NCBI RefSeq assembly: GCF_000284115.1
Contig: NC_017080.1
Span: 720,001 to 752,000, forward strand
Reading direction: 5' to 3'
Source of the DNA: Phycisphaera mikurensis NBRC 102666
GTDB taxonomy: Bacteria > Planctomycetota > Phycisphaerae > Phycisphaerales > Phycisphaeraceae
Length of the DNA stretch: 32,000 nt
The position numbers and the translations under genes were made by a program. Positions 9,389-17,080 of this stretch are shown in pieces. Under the pieces are notes generated by a model. It had not been told where the DNA came from and made no database searches. It saw only the letters and a list, made by a program, of their open reading frames with translations. Each line of letters begins with the position of its first letter. Position 1 is the first letter of the stretch.

Positions 9389-9758
9389 GCGGCTGGGGGT
9401 CGGTCGGCGTGCGGGCAGCGCTTCGCTCAATCGCGGAGGAGACAGAGGGAGAGGAGAAGGCAGAGCCGAGAGAGCGGGGGTTGTCCCGCCCTGTAGAAAC
9501 CTCTGTTCTGCGTTCGCGGAACCGCACCTCGTGCGCCGGAAATGTTGCCTCTGATGGCCGGATCGCCACGCGATCCGGGCCAGACTGCCGAGGAGCGTCG
9601 TTCGAGCGGAAGGTCTGCGGTTTCGATGGGCCCGGTCTGCGTGGCAGACCGGCGACCGCGGGCATCGAATGACGCCTCCCCGACCGCGTGCGAAGGGGGC
9701 GTCACGATCTGGACCGTGCAGGTTTCTCGCGGATTCGGACTGAGAGATCGGGGGTTGG
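9389..9758. repeat. Long direct repeat A, copy 2
   Basis: Near-identical to 8281..8650 over ~370 bp, same orientation. Confidence 0.9.
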
Positions 9759-9896
9759 CCGCGTTTTGAACTCGTTCTGAACTGACACCTTCGCGGACCC
9801 TGCTTGAATGTACCTGACACCTTCGCCGACCTGACACCTTCGCCGACCGACACCTTCGCCGACCGGGAGTAGCCCGTGGCCAGGTGCCAAGAGATT

Positions 9897-10352
9897 CTAG
9901 GGACCTTCGAGATATGGCGTGCCCTCCGCCTCCCTATCCTCAAACGGGTTCGGAGAATTGACCATGATGCCTTGGGAGAACTGACAAGTCCTGCAAACGA
10001 CCGATGCCGTTACATGCGAACCGCTCTTCCGATAGTGGTTGCGGTGAATCTTGCCAAGGAACCGGCGCTCCTCATGCACCATCCAGCAGTTTGGGCAAAG
10101 CGGCCCCCCGGTCTGCGTCCAAGCAAGCCCGTTAATGACACGAACAGGGTCAGCGTCTCGGTTCGCGAGCTTAGTTTCTAATGCAGTCTTGTCTCGCTGA
10201 AGATCAATCATCGACTGCTGTGCCTCCAAGAGGGCGCGCTGATGAGCAATCGCTTCTTCTTGGAGCGGCAGAATCGCCGCATAGTCCTTCACCCGCACAA
10301 CGCTGCGGCAGAAGTCGAGTGCCATCTTGATGCCGGTAAGTGGATCGGTCAT
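9897..10352 (-). CDS. Small coiled-coil/zinc-ribbon-like protein at the end of the R-M operon
   Basis: MTDPLTGIKMALDFCRSVVRVKDYAAILPLQEEAIAHQRALLEAQQSMIDLQRDKTALETKLANRDADP...GGPLCPNCWMVHEERRFL...VVCRTCQFSQGI. Two CxxC pairs and an N-terminal helical region. ATG overlaps the stop of the upstream ORF (ATGA). Confidence 0.7.
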   Translation of the reverse strand: MTDPLTGIKMALDFCRSVVRVKDYAAILPLQEEAIAHQRALLEAQQSMIDLQRDKTALETKLANRDADPVRVINGLAWTQTGGPLCPNCWMVHEERRFLGKIHRNHYRKSGSHVTASVVCRTCQFSQGIMVNSPNPFEDREAEGTPYLEGP

Positions 10353-10522
10353 CGTGCCTTTCCGCCTCCTGCCTCCACCAGCGGTGCCACCAAGGCCTCG
10401 TACCGCTCGAAGAGGTGTTCGAAGCGGCGGCGTTCGTCGGGAAAGGGTTGGCGGCGGTAGCAGGCGTCGACGGCGCGGTCGAGGGTGGTGTGGGCTTTGG
10501 CAAGGGGGGCGGGGGTGGTCAT
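10349..10522 (-). CDS. 57-aa ORF matching the C-terminal segment of MmeI/YeeA-type DNA methyltransferases (stand-alone fragment)
   Basis: My reverse-complement translation: MTTPAPLAKAHTTLDRAVDACYRRQPFPDERRRFEHLFERYEALVAPLVEAGGGKAR*. Resembles the family tail 'LLKAHRALDRAVDRCYR..PF.SDRERVEHLFALYEKLTAPL' as I recall it. ATGA overlaps at both ends. Missing from the supplied ORF track. Confidence 0.75.
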   Translation of the reverse strand: MTTPAPLAKAHTTLDRAVDACYRRQPFPDERRRFEHLFERYEALVAPLVEAGGGKAR

Positions 10523-11202
10523 TCGTCCAGCGCCTCGACCTCGGCGTGCGGGTTCCGACGGTTGTAGAGCGTCACCATCTCGTCGATGTACTCCGACTCA
10601 GTGAACGCTTCGCCGGTGTCGGCGTTGTAAAGCTTCACCCACGCGCCCTCGCCGGACTCGTCGGCGGGGTTGAAGAGCATCATCGTGACGCTCTCGAACT
10701 TCTCGCCGGGATCGGTGTACTCCTCCCGGCCGGAGATCGTGCTCATCATCTTGAGAGCGCGGCGGAACGTCGACATCGGGCGGCCGGGCGTGACGTCGTC
10801 GTCGGCTGCGGCGGGAAAGGCGAAGAGGCAGCAGACGATGCTGTACGGGAATCGCATGTGCAGCGTGATCGCCTCGGTGCAGAGGTCGCCGAACCGGTTC
10901 TTCAGGTTCTTCGAGAACGGCGGGGCCGTGATGCTCTTCACGCTGACCGCGAGGAGCAGGCCGTGCCGCTCGTCGGAGAAGCTGACGTCCACCCGCTTCG
11001 GCCCCAGGCCGCCTTGGAAGGCCTTCTCGCCGGGCTGGCCGGGCAAGGGTCGGGTGCCTGTGAGGCCGCGGGCTCGGAGGGCAGACGCGAGGGCGGGTGC
11101 CACGGCGTGCGACAGTTTTTCGGCGTAACGCTTCTTCTCATGCGCGGGCGCGTCTTGACCCGGGAAGACTCCTGCGGCGATGACGGCGGAAACGAGGCTC
11201 AT
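10519..11202 (-). CDS. Putative type II restriction endonuclease, PD-(D/E)XK-like
   Basis: 227 aa with 'KAFQGGLGPKRVDVSFSDERHGLLLAVSVKSITAPPFSKNLKNRFGDLCTEAITLHMRFPYSIVCCLFAF'. A D...(S)xVK core fits a variant PD-(D/E)XK fold. It directly follows and overlaps (ATGA) a DNA methyltransferase gene. Confidence 0.65.
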   Translation of the reverse strand: MSLVSAVIAAGVFPGQDAPAHEKKRYAEKLSHAVAPALASALRARGLTGTRPLPGQPGEKAFQGGLGPKRVDVSFSDERHGLLLAVSVKSITAPPFSKNLKNRFGDLCTEAITLHMRFPYSIVCCLFAFPAAADDDVTPGRPMSTFRRALKMMSTISGREEYTDPGEKFESVTMMLFNPADESGEGAWVKLYNADTGEAFTESEYIDEMVTLYNRRNPHAEVEALDE

Positions 11203-12881
11203 CGGGGGGGCGTCCCTGCTCGGGTGCGTCGCTCGCGGAGCGAGGCTGCGGCTTCGGCGAGCGTGGCAGCCTCAGGCGGCGTGAGCAGCTCCCGGTCGAC
11301 GACGGCGGTTGCGTCGCAGGCGCTTGCTCGGGCGGCCGCGTCAATGGAATCAAGGTCGACTCCTCTTAGGGCGGGGCCGGCGACGAGCACGCGCGCCGCT
11401 TCTCCGGGCTCGAGCTTCAGCATGCCCCCGCCGAGCCCATGGCCCTCAATCTCCACGGAAAGGCTTGTCAGCGAGGAACGCCACGCGGCGGCAAGCCGTT
11501 CCGCGGTCCAGCCGGATTCAGTGGCCGCCGGCTTCAAGCGGACGAGGTGCAAATTGTTGGGAGCCACCGCGGCCGCGGTGTTCGCCACGAGCCGCGGGGT
11601 GTCGCCGCTCATGTAGGTGAGGAAGGCGTCCGGCGGATCGCTCACCGGGACGGCGTGCCACGGGTGGCGGACGCGGCACTTGTACGCCTGATCGACCCCC
11701 AGCCGCTCACCTTCCTGCAGGTAGTCCATTGTGGGCCGGTCGAAGTTGGTGCCCGCGAGTCCACCCGGCGCGTGAAAGAGGAAGCCGGCGTCTCCCATTT
11801 CGCACGCGTTCTGCCAATCGCTTCGGGCAAACCGCAGGCCCCGCAGCGCCCGCCCCTTGCAGATCACCGGAAGGAGCCGGTCGGCGGGCAGACCGCGAGC
11901 GGCTGCTTCGGCGGGCGAGAGGTGGAAGTACCCGTTGTTCCCGCTGACGTAGCCGATGCCAGCGGAAGCGAGTGAGCGCAGGCGGTGCGTGCGGCGAGCC
12001 CCGCCATCGTCTCGGTCGGCTTCCCCCGCAAGCCGCTGATAGAGCTCACGGGCGTGCCCCGAGACGAGGAACGAGATCAGGCGGCTCTTCCCCGTGGCCA
12101 ACTCTTCCGCGGGGAGCGGCGTACTACCCACGCGTCGCGAGCAGGTGAGGCCGTCGAGGGCGTCGCTGTCGGGCAGATCGGCGTGGTAAACCTTCGCCGC
12201 ACCCGGCTGTTGGTTCCAGGACCGCCCGTCCGCGAGCAGCAGAACGCAGTCCTGGCTCAACTCCGGGAAGAGCCGTCGACGGAAGGTAATCACGTCGAGC
12301 CGATCAAACCCATCCACGAGGAAGCGGAGCACCGGCAACGCGTAGGCCGCGTGGAACAGCTCCATCGGGAGCACGAAGCCCAGCCGCCCGCCGGGCGCGA
12401 GGCAAGCCGCGCCGTGCACGGTGAAGGCGGCCCAAGAGCTGCAAAGACCATCGAGCCGAACCCCTGCCTCGCGAGCGCGAGCCCGGGCGGCTTCTCTCTC
12501 GCGACCTTTGAAGGACTGATAGCGGACGAAGGGCGGGTTGCCGACGACGGCGTCGAAGCCGCCGGCACGAAGCGATGGCTCGTCGAAGAAGCTGCCAAGG
12601 CGCAGGCGACTCCGATTCACGCCCGCGCCTGAGCGGGCGAGCACGGCCGCGTGCGCGTCCTCGTCGAGTTCGACGCCGTGTACGCAGGCGGATGCGTCGC
12701 CGCCGAGGTGCTCGATCCGCCGCGCCGCCGCGTCGAGGAAGACACCGCCGCCGAAGCTGGGATCAACCACTCGATCGTCCGCTCGGCGGATCGCCCAGCG
12801 ACAGAGAAACGCGGCGACGCCCTCGCCGGTGTAGAAAGCCCCGGAAGCCTTGTGGTTCGGCGAGAGCAGCGTGGCTGTCAC
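11199..12881 (-). CDS. N6-adenine DNA methyltransferase (Eco57I/gamma-type N6_Mtase-like)
   Basis: Probable GTG start at 12881 (VTATLLSPNHKASGAFYTGEGVAAFLCRWAIRRADDRVVDPSFGGGVFLDAA = motif I); 'FDAVVGNPPFVRYQSFKG' = motif IV NPPF; followed by a target-recognition-like region. The upstream part of track ORF 11199..13724 is low-complexity readthrough. Confidence 0.88.
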   Translation of the reverse strand: MTATLLSPNHKASGAFYTGEGVAAFLCRWAIRRADDRVVDPSFGGGVFLDAAARRIEHLGGDASACVHGVELDEDAHAAVLARSGAGVNRSRLRLGSFFDEPSLRAGGFDAVVGNPPFVRYQSFKGREREAARARAREAGVRLDGLCSSWAAFTVHGAACLAPGGRLGFVLPMELFHAAYALPVLRFLVDGFDRLDVITFRRRLFPELSQDCVLLLADGRSWNQQPGAAKVYHADLPDSDALDGLTCSRRVGSTPLPAEELATGKSRLISFLVSGHARELYQRLAGEADRDDGGARRTHRLRSLASAGIGYVSGNNGYFHLSPAEAAARGLPADRLLPVICKGRALRGLRFARSDWQNACEMGDAGFLFHAPGGLAGTNFDRPTMDYLQEGERLGVDQAYKCRVRHPWHAVPVSDPPDAFLTYMSGDTPRLVANTAAAVAPNNLHLVRLKPAATESGWTAERLAAAWRSSLTSLSVEIEGHGLGGGMLKLEPGEAARVLVAGPALRGVDLDSIDAAARASACDATAVVDRELLTPPEAATLAEAAASLRERRTRAGTPPR

Positions 12882-12952
12882 GGCCGGAGGATACTCCGGT
12901 TCGGGAGTTGTCCGCTGGCACCGGCGTAAAGAGATCGTGGCGCTGGCGGCTT

Positions 12953-13060
12953 CTAGTCGTTCCAGAAGGACTGGCTCTCGGAACGCTCCCGCGCGGCGGC
13001 GCTCCGCTCGCGGGAGAAGGCGATGGCGCGCTGGCGGATCTCGTTCCATGCGAGGGGCAT
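12953..13060 (-). pseudogene. 35-aa N-terminal fragment of a MmeI/YeeA-type (Type IIL-like) DNA methyltransferase
   Basis: My reverse-complement translation: MPLAWNEIRQRAIAFSRERSAAARERSESQSFWND*. Matches the family N-terminus I recall ('MPLSWNEIR.RA.AFSREW....RERAE..SFWNEFF'), then stops at TAG 12955-12953. Confidence 0.7.
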
Positions 13061-13200
13061 GGGGTGACGCTAACGAGCGCGGATCGTGAAAGAAGTGGCC
13101 GCTTCGCCGGGCGAACGCCGTGGCATCCGAGGACCGAGGGGCCCTTGGTACAGAAGCCCTACGGTCTACGGTCGGCCGGGACGTGGCCCCACCGGCGCTC

Positions 13201-13276
13201 GGCTGCGCCGACGCCCGGATCGCACGCGATCCGGCTTTCGCGTCCGCTCCGCGGACCGTGGGCGGTCGGCGGCGTT
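13201..13276. repeat. Repeat C, copy 1
   Basis: ggctgcgccgacgcccggatcgcacgcgatccggctttcgcgtccgctccgcggaccgtgggcggtcggcggcgtt; near-identical to 13531..13606. Confidence 0.8.
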
Positions 13277-13454
13277 CTCGCGCGGTCCGCGGCGTGAGCG
13301 GCAGCGGTTGCATTGCAACCGAACGCCGAAGCTGGATCGCCACGCGATCCAGACCGGGTCGATCCGAGGGTCCCGTCCGCCGCGGCTGGCATTCGTGGCG
13401 CTTCTGCGGGTCAACCCGGGAGGCTGCACACCCCACGCTCCGGGGCGCTCCTGG
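13252..13454. repeat. Repeat B, copy 1 (~200 bp)
   Basis: gcggaccgt...gcattgcaaccgaacgccgaagctggatcgccacgcgatccagaccgggtcgatccgaggg...cgcttctgcgggtcaacccgggaggctgcaca...; shared with 17857..18060. Confidence 0.85.
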
Positions 13455-13530
13455 CGCCGCGGAGGTCGTGCGTGTAAACAGCGCGGGTCGCAGCGCGTCG
13501 CGGGTGGGAGCGCCGGCCCCGCCGCCGCTC

Positions 13531-13606
13531 GGCTGCGCCGACGCCCAAATTGCACGCGATCCGGGGTTCGCGTCCGCTTCGCGGACCGTGGGCGGTCGGC
13601 GGCGTT
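13531..13606. repeat. Repeat C, copy 2
   Basis: ggctgcgccgacgcccaaattgcacgcgatccggggttcgcgtccgcttcgcggaccgtgggcggtcggcggcgtt. Confidence 0.8.
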
Positions 13607-13761
13607 CCCGCGGTCCGTCCGCGGCGCAGCGTGCTCGGCACGCCCCGCGTGCCGGATCCGGAATGTCGGGGGACGCGGGTTGGCGGGGGACGCGTCCCTT
13701 CGCCGCACCTTGTCCCTCCTTCACCCTTGACCCGCAGCTCCGGCACCGGCCGGCCTCGGCT

Positions 13762-14661
13762 TCACCGGCGTTTTTTCTCGCTCCAGGAGAGGGTCGCTTC
13801 CACCGGATGGTGGTCGGAGGGGAAGCGACCGTCGAAGGTCACGAGGTTGATCCTCGCGGACTCGACCTCGAAGTGCTCGCTGTGCAGAATCCAGTCGATC
13901 CGGGCGGTCCGCTGATTCTGCGGCTCGAACTTGTTGAAGGTGCCGGTCCAGCCGGGGTTCGGGTTGGCGGCCGCGAAGGTGTCGATCAGCACCGGCGGCT
14001 CGGAAGATCCCTCGGCGAGCAGCAGCCGGTAGGGCTCGCCCGTGAACGCCTTGGTGTTGAAGTCGCCGAGGACGAGCACGGGGCCCTCGCCGGCGATCCG
14101 CTTCATCCGCTCGCGCATCAGCCGGGCGCCGTGCACCTTGCTCTTGCCACCGATGTGGTCGAAGTGCGTGTTGAACACGTGCAGGGTGCGGCCGGTGGGC
14201 CGCTCCCGCAGCTGCACCCACTCCACACGCCGCGGCTGGTTCGAGTCCCAGTCGTCCCCGCCAAAGACGTCGGGCGTCTGGCTGATGTGAAACAGCCCGG
14301 CGTCGACGGACTCGAAACGGTCCGCACGCCAGAAGATTTGAGCCGACGCGGCCCGCTGCTGACGGCCCTCCAGGCCGTGCGTGCTCCCCGCGAGGGCATA
14401 GCCGGGCAGCCCCTCGAGGACGAAGGTCTCCTGGAAGGGCATCATCTCCTGGTAGCCGACGATGTCCGGGCCGAAGGCCCGGACCGTCTCGACCACGTGC
14501 TCCTTGCGGTGGTCCCAGTGATTCTCGCCGTCGTCGGCGGTGCCGAAGCGGATGTTGAAGGTCATGACCTTCAACGGCTGAAGCTCCGCGGCCGCGTCGG
14601 CAGTGAAGGCGCTGAAAAGCAAGACCAGGAGGCAGAGCGACGGGGCGGCGTGGCGGGTCAT
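13762..14661 (-). CDS. Secreted endonuclease/exonuclease/phosphatase-family protein
   Basis: Signal-like MTRHAAPSLCLLVLLFSAFTADAAAE, then LKVMTFNIRFGTADDGENHWDHRK, 'DIVGYQEMMPFQ', 'VLVLGDFNTKAF', 'RIDWILHS', 'FPSDHHPVEATLSW', all typical EEP motifs. Confidence 0.92.
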   Translation of the reverse strand: MTRHAAPSLCLLVLLFSAFTADAAAELQPLKVMTFNIRFGTADDGENHWDHRKEHVVETVRAFGPDIVGYQEMMPFQETFVLEGLPGYALAGSTHGLEGRQQRAASAQIFWRADRFESVDAGLFHISQTPDVFGGDDWDSNQPRRVEWVQLRERPTGRTLHVFNTHFDHIGGKSKVHGARLMRERMKRIAGEGPVLVLGDFNTKAFTGEPYRLLLAEGSSEPPVLIDTFAAANPNPGWTGTFNKFEPQNQRTARIDWILHSEHFEVESARINLVTFDGRFPSDHHPVEATLSWSEKKRR

Positions 14662-14683
14662 GGCTGCGGTCTGGCGGAGGGGA

Positions 14684-15496
14684 TCAGTCGTACGAGTAGA
14701 CGGTGCGGCCGCCGACGGTGGTCTTTCGCAGCTTCGGCTGGATCGCCATCCAACCGCCCGCGATGGGGTGGGGGTTCTGGTACCCGCCGACGTAGTTGTC
14801 GACCCAGTCCGAGCCGGAGGAGACCCAGGCGCTGTGGCCGTCGAGGTAGCCGAAGTTGGCGCCGGCCTCGCCGTGGTTGTTGCCGACGTCGGGGTAGTTC
14901 TCCTCGGGGTTGGTGGCGTCCCCGGGCGCGGGGTCGTCGGCGTCGGTGACCAGGAAGGCCGCCGAGAGGTTCTTGGGCTGGTCCAGCGTCTTGTACGGCA
15001 GGCCACCGGGATTGGCCGCGGTGACCGGCACCGGTTCCACGAGCGTGCCGTCGGGGTACACCGTGCCGCCGGCGTTGGCCTGCAGGAAGCCGAAGATCTC
15101 GTAGCTGTGGCCACCCCCAGCGTCGGCGGCGTTGCGGGCGTTGCGGGAGAGGTGCCGCTCGCCGGGCCCGGGCAGGCGCTGCAGCGGCGGGAGGCTCTCG
15201 TCGAGCAGCACGACGTTCTCCGTGCTCGGGCAGATCGCGACGTCCACCGAGGGCAGGTAGGACGGGTAGATGGTGTTGAAGCTGTCGTCGGTGATGCTCG
15301 CCTGCGGGGCGTAGGCCCCGTCGTAATCGACGGCCCGTGCGGCCATCGAGCTCACCAGCGAGCGGGTGTTGGCCGAGCACTGCATCCGGCGTGCCGCGTC
15401 GCGGGCGCTGCCCAGGGCCGGCAGGAGGATGCCGATCAGCAGCGCGATGATCGAGATCACCACGAGCAGCTCGATGAGGGTGAAGGCGGGTTTCAT
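14684..15496 (-). CDS. Type II secretion/pilin-like protein with prepilin-type N-terminal methylation site (DUF1559-like style)
   Basis: [45 protein letters not shown]; the classic GFTLIEL-type motif here reads AFTLIEL. Confidence 0.92.
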   Translation of the reverse strand: MKPAFTLIELLVVISIIALLIGILLPALGSARDAARRMQCSANTRSLVSSMAARAVDYDGAYAPQASITDDSFNTIYPSYLPSVDVAICPSTENVVLLDESLPPLQRLPGPGERHLSRNARNAADAGGGHSYEIFGFLQANAGGTVYPDGTLVEPVPVTAANPGGLPYKTLDQPKNLSAAFLVTDADDPAPGDATNPEENYPDVGNNHGEAGANFGYLDGHSAWVSSGSDWVDNYVGGYQNPHPIAGGWMAIQPKLRKTTVGGRTVYSYD

Positions 15497-15580
15497 CGGT
15501 GGGGCGGTAGGGGAGGGACCGTGGGAAGCCTCGCGCGCCGGGTTGCCGACGCGTGAGACGCGGATCAGGGACCGGAAGCT

Positions 15581-17080
15581 TCAGCCGGCGACGCGGCGAC
15601 GCGAAGCCAGCAGCAACGCCCCGGCCGCCAGCACAGCCGCGCTCGCCGGCTCGGGGATCAGGTAGGTCGCCCGGAGCACCTGCCCGTTCCCGCCGCTGAC
15701 CAGGTCCAGCGACCAGGCGCTCGCGTCGGCGGCCAGCAGCGTCGGCAGGGCGTCGATGCTGCTCGCGGTGAGCAGGTCGAAGGCGTCGCCCAGCGAGGGC
15801 GTCGCCCCCGCGGCGACGCCCATGTCCACGGTCGCTTGCGAGAGGAAGGCGTCGGAGGCCACGTCGACGAGGCTGATGCCGCCGCCGTCGACGTCGAAGG
15901 CCAGCGTCGCCCGGTCGGTGTCGGCCACGAAGAAGCCGCCGATGGCGATCGTCGCGTCGCTGCCGACGACGGCGAGGCGGCCGGTGTTGGCGGTGGTGGC
16001 GGCGAGGTTGAAGTTGCTGGTCGCGGCCACGGCGAAGTTGTTGGTCACCGTCAGCGTTCCGCCGGAGATGACGAAGTCGCCCACGGCGTTGTCGTTGTTG
16101 CCGACGAAGGCGGAGTCGGCGGCGAGGCTCCCGCCGGAGAGGTTGAAGGTACCGTCGCCGTTGTTGCCGATCAGCAGCGAGTTGCCGTAGGCCTGGCTCC
16201 CGCCGGTCTGGTTGACCACGCCGCTTCCGCCGAAGTCGTCGGCGAGGCGCAGGTTGTCGCCCACGGTCACGACCGCCGTGTCCGACACGTTGAAGACGCC
16301 GACGCCGGTGGCGCCGTTGCTCACGAAGATGTCCTGGCTGTCGGTGAAGAGGTCCAGCGTGCCGCCGGAGATCGAGTAGTCGCCGGGGCCGTTGGCGCCG
16401 ATGAAGACCGAGCCGGCGACCTTGGCGTCGCCGCCGGTCTGCGTGACGGTGCCGGAGCTGCCGACCCGATTGGCGATGATGATGTTCGCGTTGACGCGGG
16501 AGCCGACGTTCAGCTCGCCGGCGGAGAACTCGAAGCTGCCCGACCCGGCGCGACCCACGGTGAGGTCGCCGCCGGCGCCGCTGGACGCGGTGCCGTCGGA
16601 CTCGGTGCCGCCGCCGGAGAGGATGTTCACCGTGCCGCCGTCGATCACCAGGCGGCCGCTGCTGCCGGCGACGGTGTCGCCGAGGTAGAGGCCCTGGGCT
16701 GCGACGTCGTCGGCGTTGACGGTGAGCTCGCCGCCGGTCGAGACGATCAGCGTGCCGCTGCCGCCGGCGGTCGCGCCCAGCTGCACCACGTCGGCGACCT
16801 CCCCGGCTTGCGTGACACGGACGGTGCCGGCGTTGTCGATGGTCGCCCCGATCGCGGTCGAGAAGGTGAAGCCGTCGTCGGTGGTCGGGTCCCCGTCGGG
16901 ATCGGCCACCGTGGTGTCGAAGACGAAGGGCTGGCCGGCGGTCCAGTTGGCCTCGTTGGACCAGTCGCCATCGGCGGCGGTCCAGGCGGTCTGCGATGAA
17001 GCGAGTGAGGCCGGCAGGACCGCCAACAGCACCGCGGTGGAGTAGCGGGCGGAGGCAGGCAGCATGGAATGGGAGCGCAT
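15581..17080 (-). CDS. Secreted autotransporter-like beta-repeat protein with PEP-CTERM tail
   Basis: MRSHSMLPASARYSTAVLLAVLPASLASSQTAWTAADGDWSNEANWTAGQPF...; repeated G-S-G-rich beta rungs ('LYLGDTVAGSSGRLVIDGGTVNI', 'LTVGRAGSGSFEFSAGELNVG'); end 'LIPEPASAAVLAAGALLLASRRRVAG'. Confidence 0.82.
   Translation of the reverse strand: MRSHSMLPASARYSTAVLLAVLPASLASSQTAWTAADGDWSNEANWTAGQPFVFDTTVADPDGDPTTDDGFTFSTAIGATIDNAGTVRVTQAGEVADVVQLGATAGGSGTLIVSTGGELTVNADDVAAQGLYLGDTVAGSSGRLVIDGGTVNILSGGGTESDGTASSGAGGDLTVGRAGSGSFEFSAGELNVGSRVNANIIIANRVGSSGTVTQTGGDAKVAGSVFIGANGPGDYSISGGTLDLFTDSQDIFVSNGATGVGVFNVSDTAVVTVGDNLRLADDFGGSGVVNQTGGSQAYGNSLLIGNNGDGTFNLSGGSLAADSAFVGNNDNAVGDFVISGGTLTVTNNFAVAATSNFNLAATTANTGRLAVVGSDATIAIGGFFVADTDRATLAFDVDGGGISLVDVASDAFLSQATVDMGVAAGATPSLGDAFDLLTASSIDALPTLLAADASAWSLDLVSGGNGQVLRATYLIPEPASAAVLAAGALLLASRRRVAG

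Noticed and set aside
9298-9672. Plus-strand ORF 9298..9672 (and the similar 8422..8706 and 7847..8563)
   Set aside because: Its sequence comes from the duplicated 370-bp repeat, whose copies are open in several frames on both strands; no domain-like sequence. Treated as repeat, not gene.
8281-9758. Composite transposon around the toxin-antitoxin genes
   Set aside because: No transposase or clear terminal inverted repeats found in or between the ~370-bp repeats, so I report only direct repeats, not an IS-based transposon.
12882-13724. Upstream extension of the methyltransferase ORF (11199..13724)
   Set aside because: The extension runs through intergenic repeats B/C and the MmeI N-terminal fragment in the wrong frame. 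The conserved MTase sequence starts near VTATLLSPNHKASGAFYT, so a GTG start at 12881 is preferred.
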